DNA of 64,000 nt. Source: an uncultured delta proteobacterium. Lineage in GTDB: Bacteria; Myxococcota_A; Polyangia; Fen-1088. The stretch's first letter is position 1. Each line of letters begins with the position of its first letter. Positions 1-10,226 of the stretch are shown one piece after another. The notes beneath the pieces are model-generated. The model was not told the DNA's origin, made no database searches, and saw only the letters and a program-made list of their open reading frames with translations. The translations under genes were made by a program, and so were the position numbers. The stretch covers positions 64,001-128,000 of the forward strand of contig CAWCMR010000025.1 in assembly GCA_963796685.1 (NCBI GenBank), in the 5' to 3' direction.

Positions 1-6
1 CTCGAC

Positions 7-543
7 ATGCTGGCGGGCTATCATGGCTTGGTGGCAGCGACCGAAAACGATTTTGACCTGGTGTTTGCCGCGCTGGCGAAGCGCGATGTGCGCTACTTGG
101 TCGTGGGCGGCGTGGCGGTCGTGCTGCATGGGGTTCCGCGTTTTACCGCCGACATCGACCTCGTTGTCGCCCTCGATACGGCCAATGTCCTCGCAGCTCT
201 GAAGGCGCTGGCAGGACTCGCCTACCAGCCACATGCACCCGTGCCGCTGCTGGACTTTGCTGATCCGTCCCTACGCCGAGACTGGATCGAGACAAAAGGG
301 CTCACGGTCTTCAGTCTGTGGAGCCCGGATCACCCGGCCACGGAAATCGATCTATTCATCGAGGATCCTTTCCCTTTCGAAGAGGCCTTCATGCGCGCCA
401 CACGGGTCGACCTGGGCGCGAATCACGTCACCGTGGCCAGCATTGCCGACCTCATCGAGCTGAAACGGCGAGCAGACCGGCCGATGGATCGCGAAGACAT
501 CGCGCGCCTGCTCGCGCTGCCGGAGAGTGGAAGCCGTGGATGA
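7..543 (+). CDS. Nucleotidyltransferase-superfamily protein (DUF6036/MNT-like)
   Basis: YLVVGGVAVVLHG..RFTADIDL motif (GG...DxD), EIDLF, and C-terminal LIELKRRADRPMDREDI. True start may be the GTG at 31. Confidence 0.8.
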   Translation: MLAGYHGLVAATENDFDLVFAALAKRDVRYLVVGGVAVVLHGVPRFTADIDLVVALDTANVLAALKALAGLAYQPHAPVPLLDFADPSLRRDWIETKGLTVFSLWSPDHPATEIDLFIEDPFPFEEAFMRATRVDLGANHVTVASIADLIELKRRADRPMDREDIARLLALPESGSRG

Positions 544-757
544 AGCGACGAGAAAGGCAGCTTTCGCCGAGCACGCGCGCGGGCAGCAGCAAGCATGGTT
601 GCGCTTGACCCATCGGCAGCGGCTCGATTGGCTCTGGCAGGCAAAGCTGTTCGCCGCTCGGGCATTGCGAGCGGCCGAAGAGAGGCGAGCGACCAAGGCG
701 CCCGCCACCCCGGGCAGCACCGAAATCTCACCCCGGCATTCGAGCGAGTCGAAGTAA
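527..757 (+). CDS. Small helical protein overlapping the nucleotidyltransferase (possible antitoxin-like partner)
   Basis: Overlaps the upstream stop. LTHRQRLDWL resembles the short partners of such NTases. Confidence 0.55.
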   Translation: MEAVDEATRKAAFAEHARGQQQAWLRLTHRQRLDWLWQAKLFAARALRAAEERRATKAPATPGSTEISPRHSSESK

Positions 758-770
758 CTTTGGCCGAATG

Positions 771-1343
771 TCATCGGCGGATCATGGGCTGCCGCCAGCG
801 CCCGCGCCGAAGACGCCGGAACAGCATCATGGGGACGATGCCCGCACCAATCCCGATCCCCATGCCGACGATGGCGTGAAGGCCGACACAGCCGCCGGCA
901 ATGGCGCCGGTGAACAGGGCCATGGAGGCGCCGCTCAGGAAGACGACCAGGGGATTCTTCGAGCGCGCTGCCAGCCGCGCGGTGAGCAGGCCGGCGATGA
1001 CTCCGCCGCCCACGCAATCGAACAGGCACGAGGTGTAGCAGGAAAAGCCCATGCAAACGTGGCCGTGCAGCTTGGCCAACACACCGGCAGCGAGGGGAAG
1101 CAGCCCGTAGGTCACGCCGGGAAGCACGCCTTTGCCCGGAGCCCGGCCCCACCAAAGTAGAAAGACCGACACGGCGTAAAGCGCGGCGGCGAGCAGCAGC
1201 GGAATCGAAACTTCCTGAACCAACAGCGCCACGCCCGCGCCCAGCAGCAGCGTCGGAATGGACCAGGCAGCGGCGTGCAGGATGCGCCCGACTTCGTAGG
1301 CGCGCTTGGCACGGTCGCGCAGATTCAGGGATTCAGTTTCCAT
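771..1343 (-). CDS. Multi-pass membrane protein, putative anti-sigma factor
   Basis: Overlaps the 3' end of the ECF sigma gene; about 6 hydrophobic segments; Cys-rich loop CMGFSCYTSCLFDC. Confidence 0.65.
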   Translation of the reverse strand: METESLNLRDRAKRAYEVGRILHAAAWSIPTLLLGAGVALLVQEVSIPLLLAAALYAVSVFLLWWGRAPGKGVLPGVTYGLLPLAAGVLAKLHGHVCMGFSCYTSCLFDCVGGGVIAGLLTARLAARSKNPLVVFLSGASMALFTGAIAGGCVGLHAIVGMGIGIGAGIVPMMLFRRLRRGRWRQPMIRR

Positions 1344-1866
1344 AGATTGCTCTCCAAGCTTCCTTCAGTCGGGACATCGCACGCTCGCGCCGCTTGCGAA
1401 AGGTCGCGCCCGCGACGCCGGCCGGTTTGCTTTCGTCGAAGCTCGCCAGCAAGGTTTGCTGGTCCGATTCCGACAGCGAGCCGAGCACCTGGCGCGCGCT
1501 GGTCATGAGTTGATTGCGCGCGAGCTGGGCTTCCGGGCTCTCGGACGAATCCGCGAGGTCCTGATCGCCCAGGGCGGTGGTCCGCGCGCGCGTCATCTGC
1601 TTTTGCACGGTTCTGACCTCCCAGCTTGCGATGGCGAGCACCCAGGTGAAGGCGTCGCCGGTGGCCTCGAAGGTCGAGGCGCGCTGGAAGACCTTGAGCA
1701 GGGCCAGTTGCGCGGCATCCTCGGCATCGGCACCGGAGAGCATCTTTGCGCAAAACGCGGTCACCACGGGCCGGAGGGCCGCGTACACCTCGTCGAAGAC
1801 GACGCGATCCCCATCGGCCAAGCGAATCATCAGCGCGGTCACGTGCTTTCTGACGTCTGCGTTCAT
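1333..1866 (-). CDS. ECF-type RNA polymerase sigma-70 factor
   Basis: Region 2 motif DAEDAAQLALLKVF...FTWVLAIA; region-4-like ATFRKRRERAMSRLK. Confidence 0.85.
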   Translation of the reverse strand: MNADVRKHVTALMIRLADGDRVVFDEVYAALRPVVTAFCAKMLSGADAEDAAQLALLKVFQRASTFEATGDAFTWVLAIASWEVRTVQKQMTRARTTALGDQDLADSSESPEAQLARNQLMTSARQVLGSLSESDQQTLLASFDESKPAGVAGATFRKRRERAMSRLKEAWRAIYGN

Positions 1867-2057
1867 GGGGTCACCCGAATGGGCGAGGTCTGGGTATATG
1901 CCTCGCCCGGCGGCGTTTTGCCATGGGCTACTCGAGCGTGGCCTCGGCCCTGTCGGGCCTTCACCCCCAATAGGCCGCGGGAAGAGAAGCGTGACAGGAC
2001 GGGGATGCCGAGCTTCCAGCCCTTGCCAGTCCGATTTTCGGCGCTAGAAGCTCTGGC

Positions 2058-2652
2058 ATGGCAATGGGAGCGAAAAGGACCGTCCTGACGATCTCGCTGA
2101 CCGTCGTCGGGACACTCATATTCGGTGTGGTAGGCGCACTCGTCGTGGTGTACTCCGGCATGGTCGAGGTTGCCGCGACAAAGCATCCATCGGCGCTCAC
2201 GAGCTGGTTCCTCAACACGACTCGTGATCACTCGATTCATACCCGAGCCCTGAGCATCGCGGTGCCCGGCCTCGACGCGCCCGGCATGTTGCAACTGGGC
2301 GCTGGCCATTACAAGGAGATGTGTGTTGGCTGCCACGGAGCGCCCGGAGTCGAGGCCGGCGATGCCGCGCAAGGGCTCGAGCCCGCGCCGCCGGTGCTCT
2401 ATCAAGGGCCGCCGATGACCAAGGAAGATGCCGCTGAAACCTTCTGGGTCGTGAAAAACGGGATCCAGATGACCGGCATGCCTGCTTTCGGAAAGACACA
2501 CGACGATAACCGAGCTGTGGGCCGTCGTCGCTTTCGTGAAGCACCTCAACGGCATGAGTGCTGAGGAATACCGGAAGGCGACCGCCGCCCCAGGTGGAAC
2601 GGAATCCGCCGGTGCCGCCGCAACGGAGGAGCAGGCCGAACAGCAGCGATAG
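2058..2652 (+). CDS. Membrane-anchored monoheme cytochrome c (apparent +1 frameshift near 2508-2511)
   Basis: N-terminal TM helix, CVGCH heme motif, FWVVKNGIQMTGMPAFG. The expected continuation ELWAVVAFVKHL lies in another frame, ending at TAG 2650-2652. Confidence 0.8.
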
Positions 2653-2773
2653 CGATTCCGCTGCCCGGATGAGCAGGACGCGCGGCAGGTGTCGATTCTT
2701 CGCCGCATCAGCTGACCGAAAGCGGACTGTGCCTCGGTCCGTAATACTCGAGTTGGTTCCTGGCTCTCCCCGA

Positions 2774-5023
2774 TCACTCGGCCGAGCTCGCAACATCGAG
2801 CACGGCCCGATCCCGGCCCAGGTCCTTGGCCCGGTAGAGGGCACGGTCGGCCCGTTCCACCAGTTCCTGCGCCTGTAGCTTGTCGCCGCGCAAGGAGGCG
2901 ATTCCCAGGCTGATGGTGAGCCTGCAAAGAAGGGAATTCTCCGCGCCCAATTGTGCGCGGATGTGCTCGGCGACGATGCTCGCGCCCTCCCCGTCGGTCT
3001 CGGGAAGAATGACGCCGAACTCGTCGCCGCCGTAACGGGTGACCAGGTCCAGGCCGCGCCTGGCCCCGTTGCCGATGCACCGGGCGACGACCCGCAAGGC
3101 CTCGTCTCCGGCGGGGTGACCGTAGACATCGTTGTATTCCTTGAAGCGATCGATGTCGATCATGACCACGGCCAAATCGCGATCGTAGCGCTGCCCGCGC
3201 TCAGCCTCCTTTTGCAGAAGGATTTCGAAGTACCGTCGGTTGTACACCTCGGTCAGGCCATCGGTGAGCGAGAGCTGCCGGAGCTCGTCGTGCAATCGCG
3301 CACTCTTGAGCGCGGCGGCCAATTGCACCGCCACCGCGGCCAAGGGCCTCAGATCCTCGGCGTCGAAAGCGACATAGCCCAGGCTTTCGTCTTGGTGAAA
3401 AAGCGGCAGCAGGGCCAAGTTGAAAGGCTTGTCCTCGGGATAAAGACTCGGGGGAGGAAACGTACGACTCTCGAATCGCGAGGGCGGGTGGGCGGTGCCC
3501 TTGGCATAGATGACGCTTTCGGCGACGGGATCCCCCTGCCGCGCCTCGAAGAAGGCGATGTGCGCCCCGGTCACCCCCACCTTGGGCAGCTCCTCCGCGA
3601 GGGTGTTTTGGATTTGGATTTCATCCAGGGAAGAGAGCAGCCTGGCGGTCAGGCGTCCCATGTTTTCGTCGCGATTCGTTTGCAGGAGTTGCAGCCGCAC
3701 GTAGCGCCGCCTGGTGCTTTCACTCAGCAACACACGCGCCTGGTGCAACAGCTCTTCCCTGGGATCCTCGCCGGCCGGGTTCGGTGCCCGCGCCGCCCCT
3801 TTCCCGGCGTCCGGGCACGTCCCCAACCGGAGCACGGAGATGGCGGCCTGCCACGCGTGCGCGTCGTCATCCAGACTCTCGATGCGCTGAAGGACCTGCA
3901 TGAGCGCGACCTGGAACCGCGATGGATCGCGAGTTTCCAGACTTTGCAGAAAGCCGGACACCAGTTGCTCGCACAGCGACCCAATCTCGACGTGATGGGC
4001 GAGAACGGATTGCGAGCGCAGCGCCCTCAACATCGCCTGGGTCAGTTTCTCCTTCCGCAGGGCCGGCTCGATCGATTCCCGGAAAAAGTCCGTTTCTTGA
4101 AGGGCCGCGGCGCCGAGCATCTCCGGAAAGCATCCGCAGGACTGCCTAGTCATCAGCCGGGTGGCCACGCGAACCGTGGTGGGCAGGGCTTGCGGGCCGT
4201 CCTCGATGCGCTCGCGAATCAGCTCCAGGGCTCGGTATCCGGTCTCGTAGAGCGGGTAGTGGACGCTGGTCAGCGGCGGAATCTGAACCAGCGCCTCGGG
4301 CTGATCGTCGAACCCGGTCACTGCCACGTCCCATGGGATACGCAGTCCGGCCTCGCTCAGCGCCCGTACGACGCCCAGAGAGGAGAAGTCATTGCTGCAC
4401 ATCACGGCGGTGAACTTCACCCGGGACGCAAGTAAGCGCTTGGTCGCACGGCAGGCCTCCTCGTCCCAATGAAGCCCGTATTGCAAGAGTCGCGCATCGT
4501 CGCTGAGGCCGAGCTCGGCCACGCCCTGCCGGTAGGCCTCGACCCGGGCGAAGCTGTCGCCCGAGTCCTGCGGGTCGCCCGCGATGAAGGCGATCTCGCG
4601 GTGGCCGTGCCCAACCAAATGCTCGAGGGCCTGGCGGATGCCGCCCTCGTTGTCCGGCATGATGGTAGGGATGCCGCTGCCGCTTCCGATGAAGAGCATG
4701 GGAAATTTCCGTTCGCGCAGCTCCCGGACGTATCGGATTCGCTCCTCCGTGCGCAGGGGGGAAAAGACCAGCAAGCCATCGGTGTTCCATGGCCCGACGG
4801 GAACGAAGTCGACATTGTCCTCGAGCGTGGGCCAGGCCAGGCGATACCGACTTACACTCGACTCGTGCCGGATGCCGCAGGCCACGAGCAGATTGACTCC
4901 GCGCTCGCGCGCCGCGCTTTGGGCGCCACGGATGATGGGGGAATAGAACCAGCTCGGATTCATCCCCGCGTAGACGTGGGAATCCAGCAGGATGCCGACG
5001 GTGTATCTTCGCTTGTTCTTCAT
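2774..5023 (-). CDS. Diguanylate cyclase with N-terminal LacI-type sugar-binding sensor domain
   Basis: DNEGG..ALEHLVGHGHREIAFIAG, CSNDFSSLG, DVAVTGFDD (periplasmic-binding-protein-like fold). C-terminal TDGLTEVYNRRYF, DIDRFKEYND, RYGGDEF with RxxD I-site (RGLD). Confidence 0.92.
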   Translation of the reverse strand: MKNKRRYTVGILLDSHVYAGMNPSWFYSPIIRGAQSAARERGVNLLVACGIRHESSVSRYRLAWPTLEDNVDFVPVGPWNTDGLLVFSPLRTEERIRYVRELRERKFPMLFIGSGSGIPTIMPDNEGGIRQALEHLVGHGHREIAFIAGDPQDSGDSFARVEAYRQGVAELGLSDDARLLQYGLHWDEEACRATKRLLASRVKFTAVMCSNDFSSLGVVRALSEAGLRIPWDVAVTGFDDQPEALVQIPPLTSVHYPLYETGYRALELIRERIEDGPQALPTTVRVATRLMTRQSCGCFPEMLGAAALQETDFFRESIEPALRKEKLTQAMLRALRSQSVLAHHVEIGSLCEQLVSGFLQSLETRDPSRFQVALMQVLQRIESLDDDAHAWQAAISVLRLGTCPDAGKGAARAPNPAGEDPREELLHQARVLLSESTRRRYVRLQLLQTNRDENMGRLTARLLSSLDEIQIQNTLAEELPKVGVTGAHIAFFEARQGDPVAESVIYAKGTAHPPSRFESRTFPPPSLYPEDKPFNLALLPLFHQDESLGYVAFDAEDLRPLAAVAVQLAAALKSARLHDELRQLSLTDGLTEVYNRRYFEILLQKEAERGQRYDRDLAVVMIDIDRFKEYNDVYGHPAGDEALRVVARCIGNGARRGLDLVTRYGGDEFGVILPETDGEGASIVAEHIRAQLGAENSLLCRLTISLGIASLRGDKLQAQELVERADRALYRAKDLGRDRAVLDVASSAE

Positions 5024-5427
5024 TGCAGAAATAGCCGCTACGCGTCACAGTGACGGGTAGCCCAGGTACGATTGTATTCCTGTCCGAACGCGCTGGCGAA
5101 CCTCCCAAGCCCGCGATGGCCGCAGAAGGTCGTGGGCGTGGGCGTGGCCGTGGCCGGTTGTCATTGCCGTCGGCCACTGCGGCGAGGACGCCTACGGCCA
5201 TGGAAAGCCGCGCCTACGGCCACCCATCATCGCTACGATTGTGGCGCGTGCATCCTGGTGAAAAGGTGTCTCTCTCCGGGCGCCGGACTGAAAGCCCCGT
5301 TCCAAGACTGAGTCCCTCGGCTCGCACGTTGACGTCACCGTGGCCCGTGGCCAGACATTTCGGACGCTCCGGACACGGGAAAGCATCCTGCCGTCAGCAG
5401 CATGGATGTCTTCAAGCGCGACTTGGA

Positions 5428-6651
5428 TTAGTGCAGGTACGGCTTGATCGCGTTGTACCAGACGACCGCCATCTTCTCGTAGCCGCTCTCGTGGGGGTGG
5501 ACTGAGTCCATATCCGTATTCGCAATTATGCCCGTAAACTGGTCGACCACGATGACGTGCTTGCCGGCGTCGGCGCGCTGCTTAACGACTCCTGGAATCG
5601 CATTGTTGAACGTGGTTACGGCGCTCGCCTGGGCAGGCAAGGGAATGATTTGGGCCACCACCACGAGAGCGTCGGGAGCATCGGCCACGATGTGGTCGAT
5701 GAGCGTACCCAAACGATCAGGAGCGCCGCTGGCTTGACCTAGATTCAGGTCGTTGGTCCCAAGGTGGACCAACACGATGTTCGGCCCGGTGTCGGCGACC
5801 ACTTTCTTGCCCGCGTAGTTGACACCGTCGTTGGTCGCGGTCGACTTGCCCGTGACGAGGTCGTCGTCTTGTTGAATAGTCCAGCCGCTATGTCCTTCGT
5901 GCTTGCCGACCCACTTCGAGCTAGAGCTTCCCAGCTTCGAAAGAGCGGTTGAGTCTGGAGGGTTGGCCGTGTCGTAGCCCACGAAGGTGAGGTTCTTGCT
6001 GTCAGTCACCGTGTGGGTGAAGAGCTTGATACGGTACCCGCCGCCGTAGTTGATGCCCCAGGTGATGGAGTCGCCGAGCGGCAGAACCTTGCAGGGATCC
6101 CCGTTCGTCGGGCAGGGATCGAAGCCGGTCGACCCGGTATCAGGTCCCGCCTCCGCGCCACCCGCATCCTTGCTTCCCGCATCCAGGCCTCCCGCGCCGC
6201 CGGTCGCCGTCGCTCCGCCGGTTCCGGTTTTGCCACCCGAGCCCTTCCCGCCAGAGCCAGTCATTCCCCCAGCAGTAGAAGCTCCGCCAGCTCCGCCACC
6301 GCCACCAACTCCAGTGGCCCCACCGGTGCCCGACTTGCCGCCCGTGGCCGACATCCCACCCGCGTTACTCGAACCGCCGGTCGCCGAGCTACCGCCCGCG
6401 GCCGAGCTGCCGCCCGTTGCCGAGCTGCCGCCCGTGGCCGAGCTGCCGCCGGCGCTGGTCGTTCCGCCGGAGCCGGAGCTTCCACCTGTAGACGTCTTCC
6501 CGCCGGATCCACTGCCGCCGGAAGAGGTGGCCCCGCCGGTTCCGCCCGCGCCGCCGGTACCCGTGGGCTCGTTGCTCGATGAGTTGCTGCAACCGCCGAA
6601 GGCTACGACGGCCAGCGTTGCAATCGCCAAGAATTTCGTTCGAGTTTCCAT
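5428..6651 (-). CDS. SGNH/GDSL hydrolase lipoprotein with Gly/Ser/Thr-rich linker
   Basis: Lipobox AFGGC; LGDSIT, HEGHSGW, HLGTND and DSVHP catalytic blocks. Confidence 0.9.
   Translation of the reverse strand: METRTKFLAIATLAVVAFGGCSNSSSNEPTGTGGAGGTGGATSSGGSGSGGKTSTGGSSGSGGTTSAGGSSATGGSSATGGSSAAGGSSATGGSSNAGGMSATGGKSGTGGATGVGGGGGAGGASTAGGMTGSGGKGSGGKTGTGGATATGGAGGLDAGSKDAGGAEAGPDTGSTGFDPCPTNGDPCKVLPLGDSITWGINYGGGYRIKLFTHTVTDSKNLTFVGYDTANPPDSTALSKLGSSSSKWVGKHEGHSGWTIQQDDDLVTGKSTATNDGVNYAGKKVVADTGPNIVLVHLGTNDLNLGQASGAPDRLGTLIDHIVADAPDALVVVAQIIPLPAQASAVTTFNNAIPGVVKQRADAGKHVIVVDQFTGIIANTDMDSVHPHESGYEKMAVVWYNAIKPYLH
6340..6490 (-). repeat. Coding 18-bp tandem repeat (GGSSAT-like units) in the SGNH linker
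   Basis: ccgagctgccgcccgt(g/t)g units visible at about 6400-6450. Confidence 0.7.
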
Positions 6652-6785
6652 CGTTTGCTCTATGGCCAGGACTTCCCGCTTTGATCACATCCACCCACAA
6701 ATTTTTCACGCGCCAAGAAGCGACGCTTGGCGCGTGACGGGAGCCGAGCATTGACGCCCAGGATGACAAATGGGAGAGGATACCC

Positions 6786-7871
6786 ATGCGCGCCTGCCGG
6801 CGAATCGGAGCGATTGCGCTCCTTCTCCTTACTGCGCCGGATTTTCCGGTGTACGCAAGCGCCGAGCCGGAGCATATCCGTATCCAATTTTCGGCCCCGA
6901 GGAGATGCCCGGATGCGAACGCCTTCATGCGCTCGCTTCGCCAGCGCACCGGGCGCTTCGAGCTCGCCAGCGGGGCCGAGCAAACGCGGATCTTCGTGGT
7001 GACCATCACCCGTGCGGATTCCTTCGTTTCTGGGCGCCTTGAAATCCGGGGGCCGGGGACCGAGGTGTCCCTGCGGAACGTCTCCGGCAATAACTGCGAC
7101 GAGGTCGCGGCCGCCCTGGCGCTGATGACTGCCCTGGCCATCGATCCTGATGCCCTGCCGCCGAGTACCCCGTCGTCTACGGCCAATGTGCGCGCCGAAG
7201 CATCGAAACAGGCGCCCCCTGCGTCCGAACCCTCGCCGTCTGTGCCAGCCGTCTCGAACCTGGCGCCTCCTGCGCCGCCTCGGTCGACGTCGTCGACGTC
7301 GCCCGCGATCATGCCCATTTCGGCCGGGTGGAAATGGTCCGCCGGCGCGCACGGCGGGGTCAGTCAGCGCATGTCGCCGAGCACCGGCTTCGGTGGCTCG
7401 CTGTTCGTCGAGGCGGCGGCGCCGGGCGCGGACGTGCTTGGGCCGGTTCTTCGCGCGGGCCTGTTCCTGAACCGGAGCGACACGACCTTGGCGAGCGGCG
7501 CCGGGGCGGATTTCCAGTGGGCCGCGGCGATGGTCGAAGGGTGCCCCATTCGAATAGGCGTTGAAGGTTCGAGGGTTGCATTCTACCCCTGCCTTGCCTT
7601 CCATCTCGGCGTGCTGCGCGCACAAGGGCGTCACCTCGACCAGCCCGAGAAGACGACGGACCTGTGGTCCGACCTCGGACCGGTCGCGCGCATCCGGCTT
7701 GCCGTCTCGGCGCGTCTCTTTCTCGAAGCGCAAGGCATGCTCGTGTTTCCGCTTCGTCGCCCAACCTTCGACGTCCACGACAAGGGGCCTGGCCAGGCCC
7801 CCACGACGGTGTTCGCCGTGCCGCTTCTGGGGGTGCTTGCCGGAATTGGCCTTTCCTATGAATTCCGGTGA
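6786..7871 (+). CDS. Secreted/outer-membrane protein with probable C-terminal beta-barrel, first gene of an ECF operon
   Basis: Signal peptide, Pro/Ser linker, alternating-hydrophobic strands ending GIGLSYEFR. Confidence 0.6.
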   Translation: MRACRRIGAIALLLLTAPDFPVYASAEPEHIRIQFSAPRRCPDANAFMRSLRQRTGRFELASGAEQTRIFVVTITRADSFVSGRLEIRGPGTEVSLRNVSGNNCDEVAAALALMTALAIDPDALPPSTPSSTANVRAEASKQAPPASEPSPSVPAVSNLAPPAPPRSTSSTSPAIMPISAGWKWSAGAHGGVSQRMSPSTGFGGSLFVEAAAPGADVLGPVLRAGLFLNRSDTTLASGAGADFQWAAAMVEGCPIRIGVEGSRVAFYPCLAFHLGVLRAQGRHLDQPEKTTDLWSDLGPVARIRLAVSARLFLEAQGMLVFPLRRPTFDVHDKGPGQAPTTVFAVPLLGVLAGIGLSYEFR

Positions 7872-7898
7872 TCAAATCTGGAATCTGCAGCCATACTC

Positions 7899-8504
7899 AT
7901 GACGATGGCTGAAGCCAGCTCGACCGCCTGCAAGATTGCGACGAGCGCCTGCGGAGCGTCCGAGCGCAGTCCTGCTTCGCCCGATCGACTGCAAGCCCTG
8001 CTCACCGGTCACCACGCCTTCGTGTGGCGCTCGCTGCGGCGCTTGGGGGTTCCCGACTGCGATGTCGACGATGCCAGCCAGCAGGTGTTTTGGGTCGCCT
8101 ATCGGCGCCTGGCCGAGATCGCGCCGGAGAGCGAGCGGTCCTTCCTTTTCCAGACCGCCCTGCGGGTGGCCGCGGACTGGCGACGCGCCCACAAGCGACG
8201 GGGCGAGCAAACGGGTATGGATCTGCTCGACGTGCCCGACGGCGCCGCCAATCCAGAGGAGCTGATGGACCAGCGGCGGGCGCGCGCGCTGCTCGACCGG
8301 GTGCTCGGGGTCTTGCCCATGGACCTGCGGGCAGTGTTCGTGCTCTTCGAGCTCGAGGAGATGACGATGATGGAGATCGCGACCCTGTCCGACCTCCCGC
8401 CCGGCACCGTGGCGTCACGGCTAAGGCGAGCGCGTCGGGCATTCCAAGAGGCGGTCAGAGAGTTGACGGCCGACAAACGTGCCCGGCGACAAGGTGAACC
8501 ATGA
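7899..8504 (+). CDS. ECF-type RNA polymerase sigma-70 factor
   Basis: FVWRSLRRLGV..DVDDASQQVF, SFLFQTALRVA, RAVFVLFELEEMTMMEIA...GTVASRLRRAR. Confidence 0.92.
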   Translation: MTMAEASSTACKIATSACGASERSPASPDRLQALLTGHHAFVWRSLRRLGVPDCDVDDASQQVFWVAYRRLAEIAPESERSFLFQTALRVAADWRRAHKRRGEQTGMDLLDVPDGAANPEELMDQRRARALLDRVLGVLPMDLRAVFVLFELEEMTMMEIATLSDLPPGTVASRLRRARRAFQEAVRELTADKRARRQGEP

Positions 8505-9249
8505 TGGAGCCACACCGACTGCTGGAAGAGGGTGCAACCCACGCCGAGCGGGCGCTTCTCCGTGCTGCTCGGTCGGATGAGCCGCCTGCGGGCGCTGCCC
8601 AGCGGATGTTGGTTGCGCTCGAGGGTTTGACGGTGGGAAGTGGTCCCCCAGCTCCCAGGGATCGGGCCAGGAGCTTCACGCGCCGAGCGCTCCTGCGTCC
8701 GCCCACGCCTTCAAGCTCGGGGCCTTGGCCAAGGTCGGGTTGGCCGCCGTGGTCGGCCTCGGCGCCTTGGGCGGCGGGGTTTTCGTGCATCGGATCGCCG
8801 GGCAGCCAGCGGTCCTGGGCGCGAGGTCCGGTGCGCCCGCGTCGGCGATGCAGGAAAGACCTGTCGCGGCCAACTCCGAGATCGAAAGCCCGACACCCGC
8901 GCCCGAACCGAACGTGCCTCCGACGCGCGCCCCGGGGACCGCTCTCCGTCGCCGAGCGGCTCATGCGACGAACGAGTCTTTGAGCGCCGAGATACGCATC
9001 CTCGATGCCGCACGCGCCGCGGTCGACACCCACAATCCTGCGGCAGCGCAGCGGGCGCTCGACACCTACGTACAGCGCTTCCCGCAGGGGCACCTCAAAC
9101 CCGAAGCGACGGTGCTGCGCCTCACCGTCCTGGTCCGGCAAGGCCATCGCACGGCAGCCAGAGCCTTGGCGACGCAGTTGCTTGCCAGCGAGTCGTACAA
9201 AGCCTACGAGTATCGGATTCGGTCTCTGCTTCGAGAGTCCGAGGAGTGA
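8501..9249 (+). CDS. Putative anti-sigma factor (TM plus C-terminal TPR-like helices), frameshifted at a C5 run (8645-8649)
   Basis: ORFs 8501.. and 8725..9249 join by adding one C. C-terminus SLSAEIRILDAARAA...YVQRFPQGHLKPEA is typical of myxobacterial ECF partners. Confidence 0.75.
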
Positions 9250-9260
9250 GGGAAGAGCCC

Positions 9261-10199
9261 ATGGCACGAGTCCTCGCGGCACGTCTCCCCCTGGCGATGC
9301 TGTGCTCGCTCGCCGTGCTGGATGCCTGCAGCGCACGCGAGTCCCTGGGCAGCAACAATGCCAAGGTGGCCGGTGCGGGCGGAACGAACGGAGCAGACGG
9401 ATCCTACGCAGCAGACGGAGCTTCGGCCGGGTTGACCGGTCCCGTCCTGCCCAAAGCAAAAGAAGCATGCCCAGCCATGGCCGGTCTGGCCGGGACGGAC
9501 CTGACCTTCCTGGGGAACACCGTGACGATTTGGTCGGGACCTTCGGGCTCGGTGGGTCCCATGGTGTTCTATTGGCACGCCACATCGGCGGGGTCCGATG
9601 AAGCCATCGCGGGCCTCGGGCCCGGCACGAGCGAGGTCGTGACCTCGGGCGGGGTCGTCGCCTCCTTCGTCGACAGCAATGGAACCGGAACGAACACCGG
9701 CGATTACACCTGGTACACCGGCGATTTCAATACCGCCGACGAGGTCCTGGCCTGCGCCAACCAGCAGGGGCTGATCGATATCGCTCATATTCACTCCGCG
9801 GGCTACAGCCCGGGGAGCTGCCAGACCGCCGCCATGGTCTATGCGCGTCCCTATCTGGCGAGCATTCTCTGCTACTCGGGCGGCGCGATGACCCTCGGCG
9901 CACTCCCCGATCCCAAGAACCATCCGGCCATGATTGGCGCGCACGGGGGCGTGGGCAACGACATCTTCGGCATCGACATCGCGGTCAACACCATCCTTCT
10001 CGAAAACGATCTCAAGAGCAAAGGCTCGTTCGTCATCGACTGCGACGACGGCGGCGACCACATTCAGAGCATCGGGACGCGCATGGCGGGGGCGGCAGGG
10101 CCCGGCTGGCAGTTCTTCAAAGACCACCCCTACGAAGTCAATCCCGAGCCCTACAAGAGCGTGCCATCGACCTTCCCGGCCTATTGCAAGCTGCTGTGA
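9261..10199 (+). CDS. Secreted alpha/beta-hydrolase (esterase/depolymerase-like) lipoprotein
   Basis: ATG 9261 after GAGG; lipobox VLDAC; MVFYWH, nucleophile-like GYSPG, AHGG..D, GGDH. Confidence 0.7.
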   Translation: MARVLAARLPLAMLCSLAVLDACSARESLGSNNAKVAGAGGTNGADGSYAADGASAGLTGPVLPKAKEACPAMAGLAGTDLTFLGNTVTIWSGPSGSVGPMVFYWHATSAGSDEAIAGLGPGTSEVVTSGGVVASFVDSNGTGTNTGDYTWYTGDFNTADEVLACANQQGLIDIAHIHSAGYSPGSCQTAAMVYARPYLASILCYSGGAMTLGALPDPKNHPAMIGAHGGVGNDIFGIDIAVNTILLENDLKSKGSFVIDCDDGGDHIQSIGTRMAGAAGPGWQFFKDHPYEVNPEPYKSVPSTFPAYCKLL

Positions 10200-10226
10200 C
10201 CGAGCCGGCCGAATGGCCCCGAACGG

